DNA of 50,440 nt from Patescibacteria group bacterium (GCA_040384805.1 JAZKIP010000010.1:29545-79984), one strand, 5' to 3'. Shown: positions 35,647 through 44,467, numbered from the stretch's first letter. Translations and numbers: made by a program. The notes: generated by a model from the sequence alone, not told the origin.

Positions 35647-36027
35647 ATGGCTCAATTCAAGAAGAAAAATTCTTATAGATTTTGGCATTCGCCGCTTGCT
35701 CTCATCATTCTTTTCTGTGTTTTTGCCATTTTTGCGTATAATATGATCAGCCTCGTCGGCAAAGAAAGAGAAACCTCGAAAAAGAAGGAGCATGTTCTCG
35801 AAGAAATCGATACTCTTAATAAAAGGGAAAAAGTCCTGTCGTCCGATATTTCACGCCTTAATACAGAAGAGGGAATCGAAGAGATGATCCGGGAGAAATA
35901 TCAGGTAGTTAAGCCGGGTGAAAAAGTGGTAGTGATCGTAGATCAGGAGGAAAAAACTGCTGGAGAGGATAATACGCGGAAAGATCATAGCTTCTGGGGA
36001 TTCATCAAGAGAATGTTCGGAAAATAA
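35647..36027 (+). CDS. septum formation initiator family protein (FtsB/DivIC-like)
   Basis: 126 aa. One N-terminal TM, then a coiled coil, then IEEMIREKYQVVKPGEKVVVI, typical of DivIC/FtsB. Confidence 0.7.
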   Translation: MAQFKKKNSYRFWHSPLALIILFCVFAIFAYNMISLVGKERETSKKKEHVLEEIDTLNKREKVLSSDISRLNTEEGIEEMIREKYQVVKPGEKVVVIVDQEEKTAGEDNTRKDHSFWGFIKRMFGK

Positions 36028-36032
36028 TTTTT

Positions 36033-36103
36033 GCGGGATTGGTATAGTGGTAGCATGCGACCTTCCCAAGGTTGAGACACGGGTTCGATTCCCGTATCCC
36101 GCA
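36033..36103 (+). tRNA. tRNA-Gly (anticodon CCC)
   Basis: GCGGGAT-TG-GTATAGTGGTAGCAT-G-CGACC-TTCCCAA-GGTTG-AGAC-ACGGG-TTCGATT-CCCGT-ATCCCGC-A. Confidence 0.9.
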
Positions 36104-36441
36104 CCCTCAAAAAGCTTTTTGAGGGTGCGGGATAGCAGACAACTGCTTGTCTGCGTGCGGGAATCGAAAGGCTTTTCGTTATCCGCTTTGGCGGATCGAA
36201 AAGCACCTGGCTACGTGGTAGCCGATTCCCGTATCCCGCACAAAAGTGCGTTTTTACATAAGCACTCTGCAATGCTTATGTGCGCTTTTGTGAGCCGGAG
36301 CGATATGCCACGAGCACGCGGGCATCGCGAGGCGGGGTCGCGCAAATCCCGATGCGACGGCGAAGGATTATGGGTGACCAGAAAAAGCCTTCGATCGAAA
36401 AGCACATGGCTAGGTAATAGTAGATTCCCTTATCCCGCACT
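36104..36441 (+). other. GC-rich, heavily structured noncoding trailer of tRNA-Gly with two extra copies of the tRNA 3' end
   Basis: CGATTCCCGTATCCCGCAC occurs at 36086-36104 (in the tRNA) and 36223-36241. A near copy, GATTCCCTTATCCCGCAC, is at 36423-36440. A perfect 40-nt palindrome spans 36095-36134 and includes the tRNA acceptor 3' strand. Several further 8-bp hairpins follow. The overlapping ORFs look spurious. Confidence 0.6.
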
Positions 36442-36529
36442 AATTACCTGTCAAGTGTTGCACTCTTACTCTCTATGATATAATAAGAATCTATTTATCA
36501 AATATCGGGCCTTCACGGGCTTAAAAATC

Positions 36530-36769
36530 ATGAACAAAGTCACTATTTACAGCACCCCATCCTGCCATTTCTGCCACATGGCAAAAGATTTCTTTACTGA
36601 GAAAGGCGTTGAGTATGAGGACTTCAATGTTGCGGGAGATCAGGAGAAACGCCAGGAAATGATCCAGAAAAGCGGACAGATGGGCGTTCCGGTGATCGTC
36701 ATCGGCAATACGATCGTGGTTGGCTTCAACAAGCCGAAGATCGTCGAGCTACTTGGAATCAAGGAGTAG
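36530..36769 (+). CDS. glutaredoxin-family small redox protein (NrdH/YruB-like)
   Basis: 79 aa. VTIYSTPSCHFCHMAKDFF..KGV.YE..NV...GVPVIVIG. CxxC thioredoxin fold. Confidence 0.85.
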   Translation: MNKVTIYSTPSCHFCHMAKDFFTEKGVEYEDFNVAGDQEKRQEMIQKSGQMGVPVIVIGNTIVVGFNKPKIVELLGIKE

Positions 36770-36795
36770 CGAACTTGAAAAGAATAGCGTATTAT

Positions 36796-36821
36796 AAAAC
36801 CATTCTACAAAGAATGGTTTT
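36796..36821 (+). terminator. intrinsic terminator after the glutaredoxin-like gene
   Basis: AAAACCATTCT-ACAA-AGAATGGTTTT: an 11-bp stem whose 3' arm ends in a T run. Confidence 0.6.
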
Positions 36822-36830
36822 ATAATAATA

Positions 36831-36902
36831 GCTTTCGTAGTTCAATGGATAGAACGGCTCACTCCTAACGAGCTGATTCAGGTTCGACTCCTGACGAGAG
36901 CA
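36831..36902 (+). tRNA. tRNA-Arg (anticodon CCT)
   Basis: GCTTTCG-TA-GTTCAATGGATAGAAC-G-GCTCA-CTCCTAA-CGAGC-TGAT-TCAGG-TTCGACT-CCTGA-CGAGAGC-A. There is one A.C mismatch at the base of the anticodon stem. Confidence 0.8.
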
Positions 36903-36956
36903 CATTACGTATTGTGCTACTTTTATTTTTACTCCAAATATGATATTGTCATATCA

Positions 36957-37211
36957 ATGGACAATGAATTAAAAGAGCTTTTGAAGATAAACATCGATTT
37001 ATCCGAAAAGAACAACGCGATGCTTACCAAGCTTGTCCGGGCACAGAAGCGGGCACTGATTTACCGTATCATCTACTGGGCAATTCTTATATTCTCGGCT
37101 CTCGGCCTCTTTTATTTTCTCAAGCCATATGCATCGAGTTTATTTAATGTCTATTCCGGAGGAGTATCGGATTTTAGCCAGATACAGAATCTTTTTGATA
37201 GTTTGAAATAA
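36957..37211 (+). CDS. small single-TM protein, hypothetical
   Basis: 84 aa from the ATG at 36957 (MDNELKELL...). The TM segment is IIYWAILIFSALGLFYFL. Confidence 0.5.
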   Translation: MDNELKELLKINIDLSEKNNAMLTKLVRAQKRALIYRIIYWAILIFSALGLFYFLKPYASSLFNVYSGGVSDFSQIQNLFDSLK

Positions 37212-37379
37212 ATAATGACCCTTAAAAGATACGCGGAAGCGTGTTTTTTTGCATCATATCAAATTGATAATCTTAATTGATAGAAAAAATCTGCTACCGG
37301 TAGATTTTTCTTTTTTGAGTTCTAAAATATAGCCATTCGAACACTTTCTATATTCAAAGCATCGACAAAATTTTAACAA

Positions 37380-37949
37380 ATGATACCATTTAAATATATG
37401 AAAAATATAATAATTGGATTATTGATAATAATTTGTCTTTTATTTGTTTACTTGCATTTTAAGCCAGAACAAAAAACCGCACCTATCAATAAAGTTGAGC
37501 AATCCATATCAACGGAAGTTAATACTGGGGAAAGTCAAGAAAAGCCAGAACAAAATACTCCATGGTCTAATTTAAAAACCTCAACAATGGAAGGAAGTGG
37601 TGGAAAAACTATTACTGTTTCTCATTCCAGTACTTTAACAGCAATACCAAGAGGATCCGAATTTAATCCCGAATTACTGGTTCTTATTGACTCCAAAGCG
37701 CAGCTTGCAGTATTTGGTATCGATGAGATACTTCCATCGGAGATTATTGAGGCTAGAAAACAATCTAACTCCTTGGAGGGCCTAATAGATGAACAGAAGT
37801 TTGCAAAATATAGCGTTAAGCAATTTCAGGGTACAGATATAAAAAACTCAAAAACGTGGTTTATTGATTTTGGGAATTACGGATTGCAAGTTTTTGATTA
37901 TTCTGAAGGAAAATATATGATTGATTGGTCTTCATTTAGAATTAAATAA
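37380..37949 (+). CDS. membrane-anchored hypothetical protein
   Basis: 189 aa. N-terminal TM IIIGLLIIICLLFVYL. AT-rich segment. Confidence 0.5.
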   Translation: MIPFKYMKNIIIGLLIIICLLFVYLHFKPEQKTAPINKVEQSISTEVNTGESQEKPEQNTPWSNLKTSTMEGSGGKTITVSHSSTLTAIPRGSEFNPELLVLIDSKAQLAVFGIDEILPSEIIEARKQSNSLEGLIDEQKFAKYSVKQFQGTDIKNSKTWFIDFGNYGLQVFDYSEGKYMIDWSSFRIK

Positions 37950-38056
37950 TTTCAAACATCGCCCTATTATTTGGAGGTACTAGTTGAAATTGATAATTAT
38001 CGCTAAATTTGCTACTATCAAAGAAGTCTTTTGTTGGTAAATATAGGTTATATTCT

Positions 38057-38129
38057 GCCGAGATAGCTCAGTTGGTAGAGCGCTCCCCTGAAGAGGGATA
38101 GGTCACCAGTTCGACTCTGGTTCTCGGCA
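38057..38129 (+). tRNA. tRNA-Phe (anticodon GAA)
   Basis: GCCGAGA-TA-GCTCAGTTGGTAGAGC-G-CTCCC-CTGAAGA-GGGAT-AGGTC-ACCAG-TTCGACT-CTGGT-TCTCGGC-A. Confidence 0.92.
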
Positions 38130-38256
38130 CAAAAAAGTTAATTAGCAACGTATTTTAGAAAATAGACGATTTTTTTAGCCAGTCCCGCCTGTAAACAGGC
38201 TCTCGGCCCTAATTCTAAAAAATACAAAATATGATCGCCGCATGTAATAAAATTAC

Positions 38257-39150
38257 ATGGATTTATTGATCTTGTGCCAGAAGTTTTGTGATTATTCCTT
38301 GTCCATAAAAGGATTCTCAAAGGTTACGGTTAGGCGCTATAGGCAAGTAATACGCTTCTATTGCAAGCAGGCAGCCATAAGCGACATCAACGAAGTAACA
38401 CAGGAGAATATACGCGCTTTGTTCTATAATGGAAGGACAGAGCGATCTTGGACGCCGAATACCTTTATTCATTACCATAAATCATTACTGGTCTTTTTCA
38501 GATGGTGTATCAAACAGGGTTATATGGAAAGTAATCCTGTACATGATATCGAAATACCCAAGCTCCATAAGAAACTGCCTCCCAAGCTAACCAGACAAGA
38601 TGCCATACGCCTTTTGGAGGTTGCTTATAACTATCCTTATAAATATAAGTTTTTAAGATATCGCAATCATGCCATATTCTCGATGTTTATCTTTACCGGC
38701 TTGCGGAAGCAGGAATTACTACATCTTAAATTTACCGATGTGGATATAGAAAATCTCTCTATCTTTGTCAGGCAAGGGAAGGGGAATAAGGATCGCATTG
38801 TGCCGATGTCATATACTCTCGCTTTGAGCCTAAAAAGGTATCTGGAGGAGAGGAAGCGGCTCCATAAGACATGTCCTGAATTTTTTACATCATTGAATCA
38901 GAATCATGGTTTTACCGAAAGCGGGCTTAGAAACCTTATTTCACAGCTTCGTGTTTCATCGGGAATATTCTTCACAGCGCATAAATTGCGACATACATTC
39001 TCTACATTGATGCTCGAAAATGGCGTTGATATCTATTCTCTAAGCAAGATGCTCGGACACTCGGATATCAAGACTACTACTATTTATCTGTATGCCAGTG
39101 CGGAACATTTGCGTGCCCAGATAGGGAAGCACCCTTTAAATGAGATTTAA
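38257..39150 (+). CDS. tyrosine recombinase / integrase (XerC/D-like)
   Basis: 297 aa. The N-terminal SAM-like domain is followed by the catalytic ...TGLRKQELLHL...HKLRHTFSTLMLENGVDIYSLSKMLGHSDIKTTTIYLY (R...HxxR...Y). Confidence 0.9.
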   Translation: MDLLILCQKFCDYSLSIKGFSKVTVRRYRQVIRFYCKQAAISDINEVTQENIRALFYNGRTERSWTPNTFIHYHKSLLVFFRWCIKQGYMESNPVHDIEIPKLHKKLPPKLTRQDAIRLLEVAYNYPYKYKFLRYRNHAIFSMFIFTGLRKQELLHLKFTDVDIENLSIFVRQGKGNKDRIVPMSYTLALSLKRYLEERKRLHKTCPEFFTSLNQNHGFTESGLRNLISQLRVSSGIFFTAHKLRHTFSTLMLENGVDIYSLSKMLGHSDIKTTTIYLYASAEHLRAQIGKHPLNEI

Positions 39151-39225
39151 TTTCTGTTTAGTATTTTTGGTTGGTGTGCTTAGCAAAATACAGGTTTGCC
39201 AAGTGGGGGTCTTCAAGTGATTCTG

Positions 39226-39266
39226 CTTAGTGCTTGGTAATATCTATATGATATTACCAAGCTAAG
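39226..39266. terminator. bidirectional hairpin between the convergent integrase and prim-pol genes
   Basis: CTTGGTAATATC-TATAT-GATATTACCAAG is a perfect 12 bp, extended by CTTAG/CTAAG. Confidence 0.55.
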
Positions 39267-39291
39267 AAGCTGAAGAGTTATATTTAGAGCC

Positions 39292-41100
39292 TTAAGAGTT
39301 TTCTGCTGGTACTACATTATAGTACTTTGTGTTGTGGTGAATTGGCTTAGAATCATCTAGAACATCAAGCCCTTGTAGTCTAATGTCTTTACCCTCTAGC
39401 ATTACTATTTTGCCGTCTAGTCCTAATAATTTAAGACTTTCTCTAATTGATTTATTTCCTGCAATTTCCGATTCGACTAGATCGTCTACGGTTACCCACT
39501 TTCTAAGATTAGTCATGGTAGTAAGTATTTCTTCGTAAACCTTTTTGTTTGATTTTGCCCCATTATATTCACCGTCATAAGTAAAGAAATCATCTTTGCC
39601 ATCAATATTTATAATCACTTTAATCGGGTTCATTTTCTTATCTCCCTTTAACTTGTCTTGGCTTATAATCAAATACTGAGTATCGGTATCCTTGTCCTTT
39701 TGGGGTTCAAGACTTATGTGCCCGTGTACTGCTGCATTTATCGCACTACTTCCTCTTGTTTCTTCTGCTCCCATATTGCTCTTACCAAACCCCGATTTTT
39801 TGCGGTTATGGTGTGTAAATAGGATAGTAAATCCAGCGTTAGTTATTTTCTTAAGGTTATTCATGACCCCCTGCATGGCAGTAGAATCATTTTCTTCGGC
39901 AGAGTGAATACTGCGAAGTGAATCAAATATAATGAATTTAACTCCGCGATCTTTTCCTATGCCGATAATACTGTCTACTGTTTTTTCATCTAACTGAATT
40001 TCATTTGATACCATAAAGTGTATTGGCAAATTATCCCATTCCTTTTCTAAAATATTAAGTCTTTCTCTGATTTGTCTTGCTCGATCCTCTTCATTAATAA
40101 TGAGAACCCCTTGTTGTTTAACAGCAAGGTTCCCAAATAGTGGTTTTCCTTTGGATAAACAAATGGCAATGTAAAGTGTAAGCCAGCTTTTAAAGTTATT
40201 TGGTGCGGCACTGACCATATTTACTGTTTCGGTCTCAAAAAGCCCTTGGACTGCCCATGCGGCTTCAGGAAATTCTGCATTACTAAGTTCTTTTGCACCC
40301 ATTACTAACAGTTCTTTTTTAGTTTCAGAGGTAATTCTCTTTGACAATTCTGCTTTTACAATGGAGCGATAAATCGTATCAATTTCCGAATTTGGCAAAG
40401 GTTTTTCTGCGCCCTTATTAACTAAATGCATTAGCGGTCTTACAAATGTTTCCCAATCATCTTGTTTTAGAGTGGCTAACAGCTTTCCTGTCATTGAGGT
40501 GATGTTATTGTTTCGTGAGCCGACTAATAGGTTTAGATATGGCGATGGCTTGCTTGAACTTACTTCTTTTTGATCTTCCTTAATTTTTTCTTCAAACCAT
40601 TCAGGCAGAGGGGGAATGGGTTCACTATCATCTGGCTCTACGGCCCACCAGTAATCTTTTGCCAAGCCAATTGTTGAAGATGGCAGAAGAATATATCCAC
40701 CATCTGCTTTAATGTCTACTCCTTGTCCAAATAACTTACCATTTGTAGATTTCACATGGTAGCCGGGGTGAAGAAAGAAAAAATGCCAGCCCGCATTTCC
40801 TGTTCTTGAGTGAACAGTGTTTCCGAGAGGGAACTCATCAACAGATCGTGGATTCTCTCCCTTTGCATCAATATCCAATACTACTAAATTTGATATTTTT
40901 CCTGTAACTACGGCAGGATTTGCATCTGGCCATTTAGCCCACCATTCCTTAATTTGCTCCTCAGAGGCACTTTCTTGTTGATATTTAACCCAAGATGAAA
41001 TATATGGGGTCTTGTCCTCTTTAACAGGGATTATAGACCAACCTAATTTTTCACATTTTAATGCGGTTTCTAATTTAATATTTGTCTTTATTTCTATCAT
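39292..41100 (-). CDS. bifunctional prim-pol domain + RecA-like (AAA_25) ATPase replicase
   Basis: 602 aa. The N-terminus has GWSIIPV...NPAVVTGKISNLVVLDIDAKG...GWHFFF...VDIKADGGYILLPSS (prim-pol). The C-terminus has MVSAAPNNFKS (Walker A-like), FIIFDSLRS (Walker B) and ILFTHHNRK. Confidence 0.8.
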   Translation of the reverse strand: MIEIKTNIKLETALKCEKLGWSIIPVKEDKTPYISSWVKYQQESASEEQIKEWWAKWPDANPAVVTGKISNLVVLDIDAKGENPRSVDEFPLGNTVHSRTGNAGWHFFFLHPGYHVKSTNGKLFGQGVDIKADGGYILLPSSTIGLAKDYWWAVEPDDSEPIPPLPEWFEEKIKEDQKEVSSSKPSPYLNLLVGSRNNNITSMTGKLLATLKQDDWETFVRPLMHLVNKGAEKPLPNSEIDTIYRSIVKAELSKRITSETKKELLVMGAKELSNAEFPEAAWAVQGLFETETVNMVSAAPNNFKSWLTLYIAICLSKGKPLFGNLAVKQQGVLIINEEDRARQIRERLNILEKEWDNLPIHFMVSNEIQLDEKTVDSIIGIGKDRGVKFIIFDSLRSIHSAEENDSTAMQGVMNNLKKITNAGFTILFTHHNRKKSGFGKSNMGAEETRGSSAINAAVHGHISLEPQKDKDTDTQYLIISQDKLKGDKKMNPIKVIINIDGKDDFFTYDGEYNGAKSNKKVYEEILTTMTNLRKWVTVDDLVESEIAGNKSIRESLKLLGLDGKIVMLEGKDIRLQGLDVLDDSKPIHHNTKYYNVVPAENS

Positions 41101-41802
41101 ATAATTTTTAATTTTAATTTACATATTTCTAATAAACCAATTTGCATAAATCAGTGAGAATTACGTTCCTTTCCACTCCAAAGAAACGGTAAAAAACAGG
41201 AATTTAAGTTCCTTTATTAGTCCGTTTGGATCCAAGAATTTCTGCTACTAATCAGAAATCTAAATGATAAGTGGTGATCATATTAGTTTTCTCATTAATA
41301 TCTGAAACATGCTTGTGCCGATACTAAATCACTAAAATTTATTAAGTTTGGTGTGTATATTATACTCCCTTGACTATACGATGGCCTAGAGTATCTAAGC
41401 CGCTTAATAAGACTATGTAAAGATACTTTTGTTTTGGCAAGTACTAACCCAAACGAACAGAAAAAGCCTTGGTAATTAAAGGCTTTTTCTATTTAAAATA
41501 TGTCCATGAAATATTTTGAAAAAATTAAAAATATTCGTATTTTGCTTCGACATCCCTTCCCTTACCGATCACGCTCGGTAAACCCTCAAAGTGCAAGAAC
41601 CTAGGGAAGTATCAAAAATAATGGAATTTTGTCCGCCCCACGGACAGGTCCCTTACCCACAGTATCTTTCAATACTCTGGGACTCCTAGCCGACAACTCC
41701 CATACCCCCTCCCACTAAAACCACTCTTCTTTTGAAGGAATGAACCGTATACATTCACACCTTCGGCTTCACTCGTCATGAAGTCATTAACATTAGAAAT
41801 AT

Positions 41803-42132
41803 ATGTATCAGAGCATTAAGGAAATACTGGAAAGTCCGGTGCATCTTTCCACCTACAAAGGGAGCAAGAACACCAAGGATATGGTCGCAGAAGAGATCAA
41901 GAAAAAGTACGGAGTAAGTGAGTTAAAGAACTATAACCCATATAATTCAATGATGACCTACGCTTCGTGGTTCAAGCTTGGATATGTCCCAAAGAAGGGA
42001 GAAAAAGCTATCAAAAGCACTACCTATGTCGAGGTAAAGGATGATAGAGGGAAGATTTTAAGAAAGGTCAAACGATCGGTAAATCTCTTTTATTATCGCC
42101 AGATGCAACAGCTTAAGCCAAAAGAACTATGA
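41803..42132 (+). CDS. hypothetical protein (faint ArdC-N/DUF1738-like W..LGY.VKKGEK motif)
   Basis: 109 aa. TYASWFKLGYVPKKGEKAI. Confidence 0.5.
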   Translation: MYQSIKEILESPVHLSTYKGSKNTKDMVAEEIKKKYGVSELKNYNPYNSMMTYASWFKLGYVPKKGEKAIKSTTYVEVKDDRGKILRKVKRSVNLFYYRQMQQLKPKEL

Positions 42133-42428
42133 ATACTCCTGTAGAGCGAATAGATGTCTTTAGGGCGGATTTAGAGACCTTTGGCGAACGTGTAGCAAGC
42201 TTTGCTCAGATGTTTTCTATCGTAGAAGACACCCTGCTTATGGATGAGATGCCTGAGAGTTACCAAGATACTCCCATTACCGACAAGCAGAAGAAACTCC
42301 TTGTTGATCTTATCCACCAGAGATTCTCCAACAAAAACGAGAAAGAGAGGTGGTTGAGGGAAATTGAGGGAATGAGCAAGTTTGATGCATCAGAGGCTAT
42401 CAGCTCTCTTTTGATGGGAGGGAGGTAA
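42129..42428 (+). CDS. hypothetical protein
   Basis: 99 aa. The start overlaps the previous stop (ATGA). Confidence 0.5.
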   Translation: MNTPVERIDVFRADLETFGERVASFAQMFSIVEDTLLMDEMPESYQDTPITDKQKKLLVDLIHQRFSNKNEKERWLREIEGMSKFDASEAISSLLMGGR

Positions 42429-42529
42429 CAGAAGGGGCTAGTATAATTACGAGAAATCGTGGCTACTAGCCTTTTTTGTGCCAAGTGTGTTTTAGCTAAT
42501 TTTTTGATATAATATATTTGTACAAAGAA

Positions 42530-42682
42530 AACCTAACCCTTTAGAAATAAAGGTATGGTAGTAAATCCTCCGCAACAAAGACGGTCATCTGACTGGCTCT
42601 CTGTTGCGGAGGTCTACACTTGAAAAGGTGTAGTGGCGGTCCGAAAGGATTCGCTTGCCAGTTCGGGTGACCTTTTTTGTTA
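42530..42682 (+). ncRNA. structured RNA leader, copy B (same motif as 13970-14110)
   Basis: P1 is CCTTTA-GAAA-TAAAGG (42538-53). P2 is CCTCCGCAACA/TGTTGCGGAGG (42567-77/42602-12). P3 is GTCC-GAAA-GGAT (42639-50). It ends in a T-rich tail. The P2 sequence differs from copy A but stays complementary. Confidence 0.55.
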
Positions 42683-42718
42683 CCTCAACTATTATCAAAT
42701 AACCTCCGCAACAGGTAT

Positions 42719-43780
42719 ATGAAAAAAATAATAATTCTGGTTTTTGTATTTTTATGGGGTTTAAGTGGAACAGTATTAGCATATATGGGTCCCGGTTCTC
42801 AATATGATCCATTACATGTTCAGATAGAGGAAACTCCATTAGATAGGCTCCGTACTGAACAGCAAAATGTTCAATCTTTAAAAAAGTCACTCCAAAGTCA
42901 GTATGGAACTACTGCATATTATGCTTGTTATGATACTACACGATGCGCAGATATAAATTCTGATACAAGTTTCCCTGGCGCTACTCAAATGTGCGAATAC
43001 CAAGTACAGTCATGCCTAGGACATGGTACATATAAATCAAAATTAACGGAGGAGTGTCGAAAAAGACATGGTGATACTAGTTCTTGGAATGACACTACTA
43101 AAAAATGTACTGCTCCACAGAAAACAAATGACCAAATCTGCAACGATTCTTTTCTTAATAGTAAATGGGATGGTGTAAGAAATGATAAAGGTGGGCTTGT
43201 GTGTGGTTGCGCAACGGGTTTTCAATGGAATACTTCAGGTACTCAATGTATTGCCATTCCTAATAAAGTTGTTCAGCAGAATGTAAATATAGGAGCAGCT
43301 CCGACTTGTAGCATTGTTTTCAACCCTCAAATCATAGAAGCGGGCCAATGGGTTGTTGGCTCAAGAAAAACAAGCGGAACAGTAAGCGATCTTGTCATGA
43401 AATATGTTACTGATGCGACTGGCAAAATTACTTTTGCCATGACATTGGATTCAAATGACACTATCATTAAAAAATTAAATAATGGACAAGTTGATATATA
43501 CAAGACAGGTAAACTTGCAACGCAGGAAACTGGAAAATTCTCTCAAACATGGACAATTAAGGGCCCAGGTGGTTCTGGTACTTGCACTGGTTCATACACT
43601 GTCATACCAAGTAAAACTTCTACAAAAAAAGTAAGTCCTGAAAAGATAACTACCACAGCTCAAGTTTCTGAAACAATTCAGGCTTCTTTTGAGGCGTCTG
43701 TTCCTGTTTCAGAGCCTGTCGATATTCCAGCTTATCAAAAGATTGGATTATTCCGTCATATATTAAATTGGTTTAAGTAA
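42719..43780 (+). CDS. secreted Cys-rich protein, hypothetical
   Basis: 353 aa from the ATG at 42719. The signal peptide is MKKIIILVFVFLWGLSGTVLA, and the mature part has many Cys. Confidence 0.65.
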   Translation: MKKIIILVFVFLWGLSGTVLAYMGPGSQYDPLHVQIEETPLDRLRTEQQNVQSLKKSLQSQYGTTAYYACYDTTRCADINSDTSFPGATQMCEYQVQSCLGHGTYKSKLTEECRKRHGDTSSWNDTTKKCTAPQKTNDQICNDSFLNSKWDGVRNDKGGLVCGCATGFQWNTSGTQCIAIPNKVVQQNVNIGAAPTCSIVFNPQIIEAGQWVVGSRKTSGTVSDLVMKYVTDATGKITFAMTLDSNDTIIKKLNNGQVDIYKTGKLATQETGKFSQTWTIKGPGGSGTCTGSYTVIPSKTSTKKVSPEKITTTAQVSETIQASFEASVPVSEPVDIPAYQKIGLFRHILNWFK

Positions 43781-43786
43781 AATTAT

Positions 43787-44236
43787 ATGAGAAAGATAAA
43801 GCAAACCTTGGAAGAGAATAAACTAGTAATGTTAATAGTTATTATTTTCTTTCTACTGATTGGGTATAAAATGATTAGCTCTCATATCCAAGAAAAGAAA
43901 GAGAAAGCTATTTTGCAAGAAAGAGCGCGGCTTGAAGCTTTAGCAAAAAAGCCGCTTGAGGACTGCTTGAAAGATGCCTATGAAAATTCAATATATAACG
44001 ATTCTCTTGAGGGGATATTGGGAAACCCGTTGGTTTTTAAACGTGGTATGTTTAAGAATGCTTTTGAGACATGTAATACTAATGAAGCAAATAAATGTGT
44101 ACTTGATTATTTGTATCAAGACACTTTAACCTCAAAACAAAAAATGGATGAATTTAACACTACGCAAAATGAGCTAAATATAGGGGTAAAAAATTACGAA
44201 GAAGTAAAAGATGAATGTTATAGACATTACAAATAA
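43787..44236 (+). CDS. membrane-anchored hypothetical protein
   Basis: 149 aa with one N-terminal TM. Confidence 0.5.
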   Translation: MRKIKQTLEENKLVMLIVIIFFLLIGYKMISSHIQEKKEKAILQERARLEALAKKPLEDCLKDAYENSIYNDSLEGILGNPLVFKRGMFKNAFETCNTNEANKCVLDYLYQDTLTSKQKMDEFNTTQNELNIGVKNYEEVKDECYRHYK

Positions 44237-44237
44237 G

Positions 44238-44447
44238 ATGAAGCCAGAAAATCTAAATATAAAACCTAATCAGAATTTAATTGGCCTTATCGTAGGTCTT
44301 GCCTCGGTCGGTATAGCAGAGTATTTTTGTCTAAACTTACTTTTCTGTTTAGGAACAATCGTAACGGTACTCTTCTTAATATCTATTTGCTTTACTTTGT
44401 ATTTCTATACACTTGGGTATTGCAAAAAAAGAGGTTTAGATAGTTAA
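44238..44447 (+). CDS. small 2-TM protein, hypothetical
   Basis: 69 aa from the ATG at 44238, 1 nt after the previous stop. Confidence 0.45.
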   Translation: MKPENLNIKPNQNLIGLIVGLASVGIAEYFCLNLLFCLGTIVTVLFLISICFTLYFYTLGYCKKRGLDS

Positions 44448-44467
44448 TTAGCACTAAAATTCAATAT

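Noticed and set aside
36086-36441. Possible CRISPR array (three copies of an 18-19-nt repeat)
   Set aside because: The repeat is simply the tRNA-Gly 3' end. There are only three copies, the spacing is irregular (about 135 and 200 nt), the spacers are related to each other and palindromic, and no cas genes are present.
36047-36478. 143-aa plus-strand ORF (and the minus-strand ORFs 35985..36272 and 36211..36405)
   Set aside because: They start inside tRNA-Gly and run through the GC-rich palindromic repeat block. The translation is Arg/Ser/Cys-rich low-complexity sequence. They are better explained as structured noncoding DNA.
41500-41604. 34-aa ORF (MSMKYFEKIKNIRILLRHPFPYRSRSVNPQSART) in the large noncoding region of element 2
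   Set aside because: It has no RBS, a basic low-complexity composition, and it overlaps predicted RNA helices. I treated it as noncoding.
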